DNA of 64,000 nucleotides from Microcoleus sp. (GTDB taxonomy: Bacteria; Cyanobacteriota; Cyanobacteriia; Cyanobacteriales; Microcoleaceae). Positions 18,357 through 29,472 of the stretch are shown here, piece by piece (the stretch's first letter is position 1; each line of letters starts with the position of its first letter). Both the position numbers and the translations under genes were made by a program. A model generated the notes under the pieces. That model worked only from the letters and a program-made list of their open reading frames with translations, was not told the origin of the DNA and ran no database searches. The stretch spans positions 2,336,001-2,400,000 of the forward strand of contig CP181291.1 in assembly GCA_052279835.1 (NCBI GenBank), given 5' to 3'.

Positions 18357-20714
18357 TTGCCCATGTCAACCTTAGTTTTTGATACCCATAACTTGCCAAA
18401 AGAGGCGATCGACCCCCCACAGCAAGCGCAGGGTCGTGACACACTCTTGAATAGGGCGGTCAGGATGATTCAGACCCCAGACAGTTGTATTTTAATCGCT
18501 CAACAGCCACAATTGCTGGCTATGTTTAGAAAAAACGATATTGTAAAAACAATTGCTAGCAAAATACCTCTTTTAGATGTGGCTATTTCTGAGGTCATAA
18601 TTCACAAGCAAATCGTCCTTTCTCTCCCTGAATCTGCGGAAATAGATTTGACCAGCATCAAAATCGGCATAGTGGCTGGGAGGGTGCATCTCAATTTTGC
18701 AAATATATTCGTAGGGGCGAAGCATTCCGGCTATAAATCTCTGGTTATCACTAATAAATTTTCTGCCGGAATGCTTCGCCTATGCAAAATCGGGATGCTC
18801 CCGGCTGGCAGTTGCCCCCAGGGGTCATTCCAGATGGATGCCACATTCAGGTGGGCCTGGGACTTGGTGCAGCAGCAACCTATGGGGCGCTTGGTGGTAT
18901 ACGAGGCGACGGAATATTTAACCAAGCTTAGGATGCAAAGTACCTTGCAGCCAACCTTACAGCCAGCAGAAATGCAAGGGAAAGTCAAGGTTTTGCAGCC
19001 CATAGTTGCCGAAAAAAACCAGGAGTCGATCGCAGTGAACGAACAATTGCAAAAAGAAACGAGCCCAAGCCAAGAAATAGCAGAAGAGTTACGGCTGTTA
19101 AATGAAAATTTGGAAGCACAAATTAAGCAGCGAACTTTAGAATTAATCAGTGCCAACAATCAATTGAAAGCCGAAATACAAGAGCGTGCTGCCGCCGAAG
19201 CCGAAGTGCGACGTCTCAATGCCGAACTCGAACAACGAGTCCTGGAACGCACCGCTGAGCTAGCATTGAGCAACGAAAAATTGCAGCAAGAAATTAACGA
19301 TCGCCAATTGCTCGAAGCAAAGTTGCACTTTTCTGAAAATAAAGTCCGCGCCGTGTTTGAAGCGATGACAGACATCGTACTCGTCCTCGATAGCCAAGGG
19401 AATATAGAAGTTTTGCCGACAAATACGGCGGGGTTTGCCGAAGCAGATAGCGATATTGTCAGCCTCACCATAGAACATTTTTTTGATGACGAAAACCCCG
19501 ATGATTGGTGGATGTTAATTCAACAAGTTTTAGAGACGGAGCAAACACTTAATTTCGACTACAGCTTCACAGTGGGCGATCGCGAACTGTGGTTTACGGC
19601 TTGTATTTCTATGTTTTCCAAAGATGCGGTGATTTGGGTAGCCCGCAATATTAGCGATCGCAAACTAGCGGAGTCTGTTTTATCAAAAAGAAATGAAGAA
19701 CTCGCTAACACTCTTCAAGAACTCAAGCGCACCCAAAAAGAACTGGTTCAATCAGAAAAAATGGCTGCTTTGGGACAGCTAATAGCCGGAGTTGCTCACG
19801 AAATCAATTCTCCTCTGGGTGCAATTCGATCATCTGTGCAGAATATCGGCGAATTCTGGGCAGAAAATCTGGCTCAGTTACCAAAATTTTTCCAGCAACT
19901 GTCCCTAGAACGCCTGGAGGATTTCTTTGCTCTCCTAAACAGATCCAGTCAAGAACAAGATACATTATCTAGCAAAGAAAAACGTCAATTAAAAAAAGCA
20001 GTACAACGCCAGTTAGAAACCGAAGGAATTGAAAGCGCTGACAGCCTTGCTTGTACTTTATTGGATATCGGTATTGGCAGTGATATAGCACCTTTTTTAG
20101 ATTTATTTAAAGCTCCCGATAAACACCAAATTTTACAAACAGCTTATCAATTTGCTACAGTACAAAAAAGCACTAAAAATATCGCGACAGCGATAGATAG
20201 GGCGGCAAAAATAGTCTTTGCTTTAAAAAGCTACGCTCGCTATGACCAATCCGGGACTAAGGTCATCGCTAAAATCACCGACGGTATAGAAACTGTATTG
20301 ACCCTTTACCATTATCAAATCAAACACGGAGTAGAAGTAATTAGAAACTATGATACTAATTTACCTTCTGTGTTATGCTATCCTGATGAACTAAATCAAG
20401 TCTGGACAAATTTAGTTCACAATGCTTTACAAGCGATGGATAATAAAGGAGTGTTAAAAATTGATGTCAGGTACCGAAATAATGCAGTCTCAGTTAGCAT
20501 TACCGACAGTGGCAAAGGCATTCCCCCAGAAATTATGCCCCGAATTTTCGAGCCTTTCTTCACCACTAAACCTCCTGGGGAAGGTAGTGGCTTGGGATTG
20601 GATATAGTTCTGAAAATTATTGACAAACATGAAGGTAAACTGCAAGTAGAAAGTGTACCGGGTAAAACGACATTTAGTGTATCCTTACCAGTGTCCACCA
20701 CCGACGGTAATTAA
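18357..20714 (+). CDS. Histidine kinase with degenerate CBS-like N-terminus, coiled coils and PAS
   Basis: H-box [12 protein letters not shown]-box QVWTNLVHNA, DSGKGI, FEPFFTTK and GSGLGL. The likely start is the ATG at 18363. Confidence 0.9.
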   Translation: MPMSTLVFDTHNLPKEAIDPPQQAQGRDTLLNRAVRMIQTPDSCILIAQQPQLLAMFRKNDIVKTIASKIPLLDVAISEVIIHKQIVLSLPESAEIDLTSIKIGIVAGRVHLNFANIFVGAKHSGYKSLVITNKFSAGMLRLCKIGMLPAGSCPQGSFQMDATFRWAWDLVQQQPMGRLVVYEATEYLTKLRMQSTLQPTLQPAEMQGKVKVLQPIVAEKNQESIAVNEQLQKETSPSQEIAEELRLLNENLEAQIKQRTLELISANNQLKAEIQERAAAEAEVRRLNAELEQRVLERTAELALSNEKLQQEINDRQLLEAKLHFSENKVRAVFEAMTDIVLVLDSQGNIEVLPTNTAGFAEADSDIVSLTIEHFFDDENPDDWWMLIQQVLETEQTLNFDYSFTVGDRELWFTACISMFSKDAVIWVARNISDRKLAESVLSKRNEELANTLQELKRTQKELVQSEKMAALGQLIAGVAHEINSPLGAIRSSVQNIGEFWAENLAQLPKFFQQLSLERLEDFFALLNRSSQEQDTLSSKEKRQLKKAVQRQLETEGIESADSLACTLLDIGIGSDIAPFLDLFKAPDKHQILQTAYQFATVQKSTKNIATAIDRAAKIVFALKSYARYDQSGTKVIAKITDGIETVLTLYHYQIKHGVEVIRNYDTNLPSVLCYPDELNQVWTNLVHNALQAMDNKGVLKIDVRYRNNAVSVSITDSGKGIPPEIMPRIFEPFFTTKPPGEGSGLGLDIVLKIIDKHEGKLQVESVPGKTTFSVSLPVSTTDGN
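18682..18802. mobile_element. 121-bp MITE inserted in frame inside the kinase gene
   Basis: 20-bp imperfect TIRs GGGTGCATCTCAATTTTGCA / TGCAAAATCGGGATGCTCCC. Flanking near-duplication GGCTGGGA (18674-18681) / GGCTGGCA (18803-18810). Inner perfect 16-bp inverted repeat. Confidence 0.82.
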
Positions 20715-20772
20715 GCAGCAAAACTTTCCGAGCAAATCCACAATTTTCATAAAATCACAGGGATAAAAATTT

Positions 20773-21174
20773 ATGGGAAAACCAGTAATTTTGTGTGTTG
20801 ACGATGAAACAGTTGTTTTAAACAGTTTAAAAATCCAATTAAAAAAAGAATTTGGGGATACTTACCTTTATGAAATAGCAGAAAATGCCGATGAAGCTAT
20901 GGAAATTATTCAGGAAATTGAAGAAGAAGCCGAAGCCAGTCATATTTTGGTAATCGTATCTGACTGGTTAATGCCCGGTATTAAAGGAGATGAATTTTTG
21001 ATAGATGTCCACAAAAAATATCCGAACATTGTGAAAGTCATCTTGACCGGTCAAGCCGATGCCTTAGCCATAGAACGGGTAAAAAAACAAGCAAATTTGC
21101 ACCGATGTTTATATAAACCCTGGGATGGCAAAGAATTAGTAGAAACAATAAAATCTGGTTTAGCAAAAGCATGA
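20773..21174 (+). CDS. Single-domain response regulator
   Basis: ILCVDDE, VSDWLMP, LTGQA and KPW receiver motifs. Confidence 0.92.
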   Translation: MGKPVILCVDDETVVLNSLKIQLKKEFGDTYLYEIAENADEAMEIIQEIEEEAEASHILVIVSDWLMPGIKGDEFLIDVHKKYPNIVKVILTGQADALAIERVKKQANLHRCLYKPWDGKELVETIKSGLAKA

Positions 21175-24100
21175 ACAACAAACCTGTGATTATTTGTGTC
21201 GATGACGAACCTATAATCCTTGAAAGTTTAAAGATTGAGTTAAAAAAAGCCCTCGGAGAAGAACATTTATTAGAAACTGCTGAAGGTGGCGAAGACGCTT
21301 TGGAATTGGCCGAGGAACTGCTTGCAGAGGGAAGTGAAATTGTGGCGGTGATTTCCGACTATTTGATGCCTAATATCAAAGGGGACGAGTTACTAAAACA
21401 GATTCACCGCATTTCACCAAAAACTATCAAAATTATGCTGACAGGACAAGCAGACCTGGAAGCAGTAGCGAATACTATTAAACACGCCAAATTGTACCGC
21501 TACATAGCGAAACCTTGGCAGTCAGAAGACTTGAAGTTGACCGTAAAAGAAGCGATTAATAGCTATTTTATGGAAAAACAATTAGCGGAACAAAACACTA
21601 AACTACAAAAATTAAATCAAGAATTAGAAAGTTTAGTAGAAGAACGGACTACACAATTGCGCTTTTCGGAAGAAAAGTTTGCTAAAGCTTTTCGTTCTTC
21701 TCCTAATCCAATTACGATTACTAGACTTAAAGATGGCAGCCACCTAGAAATAAATGATGCTTTTTGCCAAACCATAGGTTATTCGGCAGCCGAAATAATT
21801 GGTAAAACTGCTCTTGACTTGAATATTTGGGTCAGCCAAGAAGCTAGGAAAAAACTGTTTTTGATGTTAAAAGAAAAAGAAATAGTGCGTAACTATGAAT
21901 TTAATTTTAGAACTAAAAACGGCGAAATAAGGACGGCTTTATTGTCAGCAGAAATTATTGAAATTAATAACGAAACTTGCGTAATTTCTGTCAGTCAGGA
22001 TATTAGCGATCGCAAATTAGCAGAAGAAAAACTCCGGGCTTTAGCTACTTCTCTCGCCGCAGCCCAAAGACTGGCCCACGTCGGCAATTGGGAATGGGAT
22101 TTGTCCACAAACACAACTATTTGGTCCGAAGAATTATCCCGCATTTTTGGTCTGGATTCAAGCCAGCCAGCACCCACAGTAGCTGAGTTTGCTCAATACG
22201 TTCATCCAGACGATCTAGAAAAGTGGCAAAGCAGCATCAATGCTGCGATGACTACTGGGGAACCATACACGTTGGAATATCGAATTTTGCAGCCGGAATC
22301 AATAATTACCGATGGTAATTTACCTTCCCAAACCAATCAAGGAAGCTTCATTCGCTACATCGAAGCCAGAGGAGAACCAGTGGTAAACCCGCAAGGAGAA
22401 GTGACAAAGATCTTCACAACATTGATGGATATTACTCTGCGCAAGTTGGCAGAAATAGCCCTGGTTGAAAGTGAAGAAAAATATCGGCACTTAGTCGAAA
22501 CTTCGCAAGATATCATTTGGTCTTGCGATGCGACAGGACACCTTACTTTTGTAAATCAAGCGGTAAAACAGATTTATGGTTATGAACCTGAAGAAATGAT
22601 TGGTTGTTCTTTTAGCGATTTTTTTGCACCGGAATCAACAGCTCCCGATCTGGAACTTCAGCAGTATTTATTGACTGGTAATTCAGTATTTCAGTATGAA
22701 AGTATTGTATTAGGTAAAGATGGCAGAATAATTGATATAAATACCAAGGCGATCGCCCATTTAAACTCCGAAGGAAATGTCATGGGTGCGACAGGTACTG
22801 CCAGTGATATTACGGAAAGAAAACAAGCAGAAATAACTTTGCGGCAAGCCAAAGAAGAAGCGGACAGAGCAAATAAAGCTAAAAGTGAGTTTCTCTCGAA
22901 TATGAGTCATGAATTGCGTACTCCTCTCAACGCGATTCTGGGTTTCAGTCAACTGCTATCTCGCGACACAGGCTTGGGTGAAGAGCAACAGCAATACTTA
23001 AGTATTATCATCCGCAGCGCCGAACATTTGCTGATTTTAATTAATAATATTTTGCAAATGTCAAAAATTGAAGTGGGGCTGGTGACAGTTAACAACAGCA
23101 CTTTCGATCTGCAAAAAATGCTGAATAATACAGAAGAAATGCTGAAAATGCAAGCACAAAAAAAAGGATTGCAGTTAATTTTTGATTGTGCACCTAATTT
23201 GCCTAAATATATAGAAACCGACGAAAGTAAATTGCGTCAGATTTTGATTAATATTATTGGTAATGCCCTCAAGTTTACCTCGGAGGGTGGGGTGAATTTA
23301 AGGATTAAACATGAAATATTAAACAGCGAGCATACACTTAATAATTCACCACAGATTAATGATTGCTGTTTGCTATTTGAAGTAGAGGACACTGGACCGG
23401 GAATTTCTCCTGAAGAGATGGAGAGTTTATTTAAACCTTTTGCACAAACTGAAAGCGGGAGAAAAGCTCAAGAAGGAACTGGTTTGGGCTTGCCAATCAG
23501 CAAACAGTTTGTGAATTTAATGGGAGGGGAAATGAGTGTGGTGAGCACTGTGGGTGAGGGCAGCATTTTTAAGTTTGATATTAAAGTTTCTCTCCCTGAT
23601 ACAGTGGAAATTCAGATAACCCAAACAGCTCGTCGTGTCGTCGGTATTGAGCCGGAACAGCCGGAATACCGAATTTTGGCTGTTGACGATCGCCTGGAAA
23701 GTCGCTTATTGCTAGTGAGAATGCTTTCATCTTTGGGTTTTGCGGTTCGGGAAGCGGAAAATGGGGTTCAGGCGATCGAGGTTTGGTCGAGTTGGGAACC
23801 TCATCTGATTTGGATGGATATGCGGATGCCCGTGATGGATGGTTATGAAGCTACGAAACGGATCAAAGCGCATTTGAAAGGTCAAGCCACCGTAATTATT
23901 GCTTTGACGGCTAGTGCTTTTGATGAGGAGCGATCGGTGATTTTGTCTGTGGGTTGCGATGATTTTGTCGCGAAGCCTTTTCGAGAGCAAGTGATTCTGG
24001 AAAAGATGGCAAAATATCTGGGAGTCCGCTATGTTTACGATCGCGAACTTGCGGGTAATTCTCACGGTAGCCAGTCTGCTGGGGGTTTGTTTAGTGGCGA

Positions 24101-24356
24101 AATGGGTGAAAATGAAAATATGGGAACAGCGGATTTACCTTTTATGCTGAGTGCTTCGTCCTTTGAAGTGATGCCTGGTGAATGGATTGATGAATTGTAT
24201 GAGGCGGCGGAAGAAGTAGACAATGATTGGATTTTCCGGTTAATTTTGGCGATTCCTCCTATTCATGCTAATTTCGGCAGCGCGATCGCAGAACTGGCTA
24301 ATAACTTCCGGTGCGATCGGATTATTGATTTAATTGAAGAATTGAGAAATTATTAA
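21171..24356 (+). CDS. Hybrid histidine kinase REC-PASx3-HisKA-HATPase-REC
   Basis: N-terminal receiver, three PAS/PAC units, MSHELRTPLN, DTGPGI, GTGLGL and C-terminal receiver (WMDMRMP). ATGA overlap with the upstream regulator. Confidence 0.93.
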   Translation: MNNKPVIICVDDEPIILESLKIELKKALGEEHLLETAEGGEDALELAEELLAEGSEIVAVISDYLMPNIKGDELLKQIHRISPKTIKIMLTGQADLEAVANTIKHAKLYRYIAKPWQSEDLKLTVKEAINSYFMEKQLAEQNTKLQKLNQELESLVEERTTQLRFSEEKFAKAFRSSPNPITITRLKDGSHLEINDAFCQTIGYSAAEIIGKTALDLNIWVSQEARKKLFLMLKEKEIVRNYEFNFRTKNGEIRTALLSAEIIEINNETCVISVSQDISDRKLAEEKLRALATSLAAAQRLAHVGNWEWDLSTNTTIWSEELSRIFGLDSSQPAPTVAEFAQYVHPDDLEKWQSSINAAMTTGEPYTLEYRILQPESIITDGNLPSQTNQGSFIRYIEARGEPVVNPQGEVTKIFTTLMDITLRKLAEIALVESEEKYRHLVETSQDIIWSCDATGHLTFVNQAVKQIYGYEPEEMIGCSFSDFFAPESTAPDLELQQYLLTGNSVFQYESIVLGKDGRIIDINTKAIAHLNSEGNVMGATGTASDITERKQAEITLRQAKEEADRANKAKSEFLSNMSHELRTPLNAILGFSQLLSRDTGLGEEQQQYLSIIIRSAEHLLILINNILQMSKIEVGLVTVNNSTFDLQKMLNNTEEMLKMQAQKKGLQLIFDCAPNLPKYIETDESKLRQILINIIGNALKFTSEGGVNLRIKHEILNSEHTLNNSPQINDCCLLFEVEDTGPGISPEEMESLFKPFAQTESGRKAQEGTGLGLPISKQFVNLMGGEMSVVSTVGEGSIFKFDIKVSLPDTVEIQITQTARRVVGIEPEQPEYRILAVDDRLESRLLLVRMLSSLGFAVREAENGVQAIEVWSSWEPHLIWMDMRMPVMDGYEATKRIKAHLKGQATVIIALTASAFDEERSVILSVGCDDFVAKPFREQVILEKMAKYLGVRYVYDRELAGNSHGSQSAGGLFSGEMGENENMGTADLPFMLSASSFEVMPGEWIDELYEAAEEVDNDWIFRLILAIPPIHANFGSAIAELANNFRCDRIIDLIEELRNY

Positions 24357-24450
24357 AATTATAAATATGCCAGAATAATTACAGCTTGTGCTATGATATC
24401 CAATTGATACTTTTTTATATTGGCAATTACATAACAAAAATCAACAATCG

Positions 24451-26391
24451 ATGACTCAAAATATTACCAAAGAGAATAGAGGCAACATATTAATTGTTGA
24501 CGACACTCCAGAAAATTTGCAAGTTTTATCAGCCACACTGTTAGAGCGCGGATATAAAGTTCGGGGCGTAATCAATGGTAAAATGGCAATTAGAGCTGCC
24601 AAATCTGGTTCTCCCGATCTAATTTTACTCGATATCAAAATGCCGGAGATGAACGGCTACGAAGTCTGTGCCAAACTCAAAGCCGATGGGCAAACATCAG
24701 AAATTCCTATTATTTTTATTAGCGCTTTAGATGAAGTTTTAGATAAAGTAAAAGCCTTTCAAATTGGTGGAGTGGATTATATAACCAAACCATTTCAGGT
24801 AGAAGAAGTTTTAGCAAGAGTTGAACACCAACTGACTATAAAAAGATTACAAAAAGAACTAATCGCTCGCAATAATCAACTACAACAAGAAATAGTTGAA
24901 CGCAAAAAAGCAGAAGAACAAGCAGCCGCAGCTTCTCAAGCAAAAAGTCAATTTGTTGCCAATATGAGCCACGAATTAAGGACTCCCCTGAATGCGATTC
25001 TGGGTTTTAGTCAAGTAATGAGTCGTGATTCTTTACTGAGTAATGAAAATATCGAAAATCTCAGAATTATTAACCGTAGCGGTCAACATTTGCTGGAATT
25101 AATTAATGATGTTTTAGACTTGTCAAAAATTGAAGCTGGGATAGTTGCCTTAGATGAAAGTAGTTTTGATTTGTATCAAGTCTTAGACACTTTGGAAGAG
25201 ATGTTTCAAATCAAAGCGGAAACTAAGAATTTGCACCTCAAATTTTCCGTGCAATCCCAGGTTCCCCAATATATTAAAACCGATGAAAAAAAACTGCGCG
25301 TCTGCTTAATTAATCTGCTGGGAAATTCCATAAAATTTACTGAAAACGGTGGTGAAATTTTGCTAAGAGTGGGTCTGGAAACAGTTCCATTCCAGTCAGA
25401 AGAAACAGAAATTGATTCTAACTCGATTTCCAACGAACGATGTGTAATATTTTTTGAGGTTCAAGACACGGGAGTTGGCATAGCAGCCGAAGAAATGGAG
25501 ACTTTATTTAATGCTTTTGTGCAAACTGAAGCGGGGAAAAAAGCTGCTGACGGCACGGGTTTGGGTTTAAATATTACCAAAAAATACGTGGAAATTATGG
25601 GGGGTAATATTGAAGTAAGTAGTATTTTAGGTGAGGGAACTACTTTTAAATTTAATATTAAACTATGTGCGGTGGCTCCCTCAGAAGTAAATATCACAAG
25701 ATTGCAACGGGTGCTGGGGCTAGAACCAGAGCAGCCAATTTATCGAATTTTAGCAGTGGATGATAATACTGAAAATCGGCTGCTGCTAATTAAAATGCTC
25801 GCACCCATTGGCTTTGAAGTCAGAGAAGCTGAAAATGGTAGACAAGCAATTGAAATCTGGGAAAGTTGGCAGCCGGATTTAATCTGGCTGGATACGCGAA
25901 TGCCAGTAATGAATGGTTTTGAAACTGTGGCAGAAATTAGAGCTAGGGAGACAAATACTCGATCGCATACTGTAGTTATTGCTCTGACTGCTAGCATTTT
26001 TGAGGAAAGAAGAGGCGAAATTATCGCAGCAGGCTGCGACGATTTTGTGCGTAAACCTTTTCAAGAACAAATCATTTTTGACAAGATTGCTCACTATTTG
26101 GGAGTGCGCTATATTTATCAAGAGTTGTCTGTACCTTTTGGGGTGGGAGGGAGGCGTTATTTGAACGGCGAAAAACCCGATTCATTTTTTTTACCACTGT
26201 TGGCAGAGATGCCTAAAAGTTGGTTAGAGGAACTGGACGAAGCTGCTAATGATGTTAATGAAGAGTTGGTGATTCAAGTTGTCGATCGCATTTCCGAAAG
26301 TCATCCAACTTTAGCTAATGCTTTAAAAGATTTACTTGAGGATTACCGACTTGACAGAATAGTGAATTTAACTCAATCAATTTTAGAATAA
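24451..26391 (+). CDS. Hybrid histidine kinase REC-HisKA-HATPase-REC
   Basis: ILIVDD...LLDIKMP, MSHELRTPLN, DTGVGI, GTGLGL and a second receiver WLDTRMP. Confidence 0.93.
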   Translation: MTQNITKENRGNILIVDDTPENLQVLSATLLERGYKVRGVINGKMAIRAAKSGSPDLILLDIKMPEMNGYEVCAKLKADGQTSEIPIIFISALDEVLDKVKAFQIGGVDYITKPFQVEEVLARVEHQLTIKRLQKELIARNNQLQQEIVERKKAEEQAAAASQAKSQFVANMSHELRTPLNAILGFSQVMSRDSLLSNENIENLRIINRSGQHLLELINDVLDLSKIEAGIVALDESSFDLYQVLDTLEEMFQIKAETKNLHLKFSVQSQVPQYIKTDEKKLRVCLINLLGNSIKFTENGGEILLRVGLETVPFQSEETEIDSNSISNERCVIFFEVQDTGVGIAAEEMETLFNAFVQTEAGKKAADGTGLGLNITKKYVEIMGGNIEVSSILGEGTTFKFNIKLCAVAPSEVNITRLQRVLGLEPEQPIYRILAVDDNTENRLLLIKMLAPIGFEVREAENGRQAIEIWESWQPDLIWLDTRMPVMNGFETVAEIRARETNTRSHTVVIALTASIFEERRGEIIAAGCDDFVRKPFQEQIIFDKIAHYLGVRYIYQELSVPFGVGGRRYLNGEKPDSFFLPLLAEMPKSWLEELDEAANDVNEELVIQVVDRISESHPTLANALKDLLEDYRLDRIVNLTQSILE

Positions 26392-28275
26392 ATGGATAAT
26401 AGCGGAATTAAAATATTGATGGTTGACGATCAACCGATTAATCTGCGTTTTTTATCTAATTTACTAAGCTCTCATGGCTATCAAGTTTACAGAGCTATTT
26501 CTGGACAACTAGCTTTGAATGCTGCCATCGCCTATGCTCCTGATTTGATTTTGTTGGATATCCGAATGCCAGAAATGGACGGATATGAAGTCTGTGAGAG
26601 GCTAAAAAAAATACCAGAAACAGCGCAGATTCCGGTGATTTTTTTAAGCGTGTTAGATGATATTAACGATAAAATAGAAGCTTTTCGAGTGGGCGGATTA
26701 GACTACATTACTAAACCTTTTCAAGTGGAAGAAATTTTAGCAAGAATCGAAAAGCAAATTGATTTACAAAAACTGCAACAGCAATTAAAAAAGCAAAATG
26801 TTCAACTGCAACAGTCGCAATTATTGCTAGCAAGCGTCTTGAATAGTTCCCTAGACGGTGTGGTAGCTTTTTCTGCTGTTCGCAACAGTCAGGGAAATAT
26901 TGTTGATTTCAAATGGATTTTGCTGAACCGGGCTGCGGAAAAAATGCTGAGTATGGTGTCCCCAAATTTAATAGGAAAGTATTTGTTAGAACAAATTCCT
27001 CAAGTCGGCAAAAATGGTCTATTTGATCTTTACGTTTCTGTGGTAGAAACAGGAGAAACAGTAGAGCGAGAATTTTATTACGAACACAATCGCAAATTCA
27101 GTGCTTGGCTGCACATTGTGGCTGTCAAATTAAATGACGGTTTGGCTGTCACATTTCGGGATATTAGCGGACGAAAACGATCGGAAGCAGCCCTTCGCGC
27201 CAGCGAAGCTCGCTTTCTGGCCATGACTCAAGTCTCCTCAGATATGATTACTCTAGCGGATGCAAATTGTCATGTGATCTATCAAAGTTCAGCCGTAGAA
27301 AGAGTTTTGGGCTATTCTCCCGCAGAATTTATGGGTAAAATGCCTTTGCAAGTGCTGCACCCTGATGATTTGGCTTCCCAAAAAGAGGCAATTGCTTGGA
27401 TGCGAGCAAATCCGGGTATTTCTAAACTTATGGAATATCGGTTGCGGCACAAAAATGGTAATTGGGTATGGCTAGAGGCAGTTGCTACTAACTGGCTTGA
27501 GGATGCTGATATTGGTGCTTTTGTGGTACTCACCCGCGATATTAGCGAACGCAAACAAGCAGAAATTACTCTCACTCGCTATGCTCAAGAATTAAGTCGA
27601 TCTAATGCAGAATTACAACAGTTTGCTTATATTGCTTCCCATGATTTGCAAGCACCTTTGGGAACGATTTCGGGTTACGCTAAATTATTAGAAAGGCGCT
27701 GTCAAGACCAATTTGATTCTCAAACTTATAAATTTATTAGTAATATAATTAGTTCTTGTACAAGGATGCAAAACTTGATTGATGATTTACTGGAATATTC
27801 ACGAATTGGCAGAAGCCAGAAACCTTTTGGGTTGACTGATTGCAATTTAGTTTTTGAGGATGCTTGTGCTAATTTGCAGTGGGCTATTCGTAAGAATCAA
27901 GCTATTGTTAGTAGGGCGGATTTGCCGATGGTTGTGGCTGATAGTTGTCAATTAGTGCAACTATTTCAGAATTTAATTGGCAATGCTATTAAGTACCGGG
28001 GGGGCGATCGACCGATGGTTCACGTAAGTGTTTCCCGACAGGGGGATAACTGGCTGTTTTCTGTAGAGGACAACGGTATTGGTATTGCAGAACAGTATCA
28101 GGAGAGTATTTTTCAGATTTTTCAGCGCTTGCATACTCAAAAAAACTATTCGGGAACGGGTATTGGTTTGGCGATTTGTAAAAAAATTGTCGATCGCCAC
28201 GGCGGTCGAATTTGGGTGCAATCAGCACCCAATCGAGGAGCGATTTTTTATTTTTGTCTTCCTGTAGGGGAGTGA
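26392..28275 (+). CDS. REC-PASx2 histidine kinase with Cph1-type kinase core
   Basis: SRSNAELQQFAYIASHDLQAPL, QNLIGNAIKY, IFQRLH and GTGIGL. The start directly abuts the upstream stop. Confidence 0.92.
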   Translation: MDNSGIKILMVDDQPINLRFLSNLLSSHGYQVYRAISGQLALNAAIAYAPDLILLDIRMPEMDGYEVCERLKKIPETAQIPVIFLSVLDDINDKIEAFRVGGLDYITKPFQVEEILARIEKQIDLQKLQQQLKKQNVQLQQSQLLLASVLNSSLDGVVAFSAVRNSQGNIVDFKWILLNRAAEKMLSMVSPNLIGKYLLEQIPQVGKNGLFDLYVSVVETGETVEREFYYEHNRKFSAWLHIVAVKLNDGLAVTFRDISGRKRSEAALRASEARFLAMTQVSSDMITLADANCHVIYQSSAVERVLGYSPAEFMGKMPLQVLHPDDLASQKEAIAWMRANPGISKLMEYRLRHKNGNWVWLEAVATNWLEDADIGAFVVLTRDISERKQAEITLTRYAQELSRSNAELQQFAYIASHDLQAPLGTISGYAKLLERRCQDQFDSQTYKFISNIISSCTRMQNLIDDLLEYSRIGRSQKPFGLTDCNLVFEDACANLQWAIRKNQAIVSRADLPMVVADSCQLVQLFQNLIGNAIKYRGGDRPMVHVSVSRQGDNWLFSVEDNGIGIAEQYQESIFQIFQRLHTQKNYSGTGIGLAICKKIVDRHGGRIWVQSAPNRGAIFYFCLPVGE

Positions 28276-28830
28276 AGGTAGAAGTTATAAGCTATAAGCT
28301 ATAAGCTGCTGCGGTTTGGCTCCCCTTAAAAATCCGGATGGAGGAAGCAACAGAAAGGAAATAGTAATTTATTTAGTGATTTTGGGGGATTATTTATATT
28401 TACTTTACATAACTGTGATAAAAATGTAGCATATTTACTGATGACAAAAAACAAATAAAGAACTCATAATCAATTTATTAACTCAAATCTTGTAAAAGTT
28501 CAAAATCAGCGGTGCACGGCAGAATTTTAAATTTATTTCAACTGTATCGAGAGTATCTTACTTTCCCCTACAGTAATTTAGAGTATATTTCGGTGGTAAG
28601 CCTTGGCGATAGTTCTAGTTGTCTGGGTTGTGCATTTTTTAAAGAAATGCTAAGTGAAACAAGCATTAATGACAAAGGTTTGCCTGCAAGGCAAACAAAA
28701 GAATTTTTGCTACACACACTCAGCCTGGTTGGTCAAACCAGCAAAATTAGGACAACAGATATTGGCATATCCTCGGATATTTGTGCAATTTATACCAGGT
28801 CACAGCATTCGTTGGTAGTGAGTCAAAGCA

Positions 28831-29286
28831 GTGAATAATCAAAACAAAACATTCACTATTTTAATGGCTAATGATGACGAAGATACCCGCTTTTTCGTGC
28901 AGGAATCACTCCGAGAGATTCCCATAGCAATTAGAATCGAATTTGTGGAAAATGGGGAACAAATGCTAGACTATTTATACTGTCGCGGCTCCTATGCTGA
29001 GGCGAGCAATGGGCCCTTCCCCGACCTGATACTTTTAGATCTGAATATGCCGAGGCTTGACGGGCCAGAAGCGCTAACTTTGATTAGATCGGACCCCGAC
29101 TTGCAACATCTCCCGGTCGTGATACTGACTACATCGCAAAGCAGCGGAGATATTTTGCTTTGTTACCGCTTGGGTGCGAATTCTTTCATATCCAAACCAG
29201 TGACTTTTGAAGGATTGGTTGAAGTAATGAAGACTTTGTGTCAGTATTGGTTTGAAATCGTTTCGCTCCCGTCGGAGGCTCTATAA
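28831..29286 (+). CDS. Rcp1-type single-domain response regulator
   Basis: PDLILLDLNMP, PVVILTTS, YRLGANSFISKP and C-terminal YWFEIVSLP. Confidence 0.88.
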   Translation: MNNQNKTFTILMANDDEDTRFFVQESLREIPIAIRIEFVENGEQMLDYLYCRGSYAEASNGPFPDLILLDLNMPRLDGPEALTLIRSDPDLQHLPVVILTTSQSSGDILLCYRLGANSFISKPVTFEGLVEVMKTLCQYWFEIVSLPSEAL

Positions 29287-29472
29287 GCTAAGTTGTAGGG
29301 GTAAGGATTCGGGGAATTAATCTCTGAGTAAAGCCCAAAGTTTTCTGCCCCCATCCAATTTTCCCTAGGGGAGGTTTCCAAAAATGAGATGGTTTCTATT
29401 GCTAGTGGCTATGTCGGTTATTAGTTAGAATTTCTAAATAGTTGTTGTCAACCCGCTCGAATTGCTATAGTT

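Noticed and set aside
28512..28838. 108-aa ORF upstream of the Rcp1-type regulator
   Set aside because: GTG start, no recognisable motif, and composition typical of intergenic DNA.
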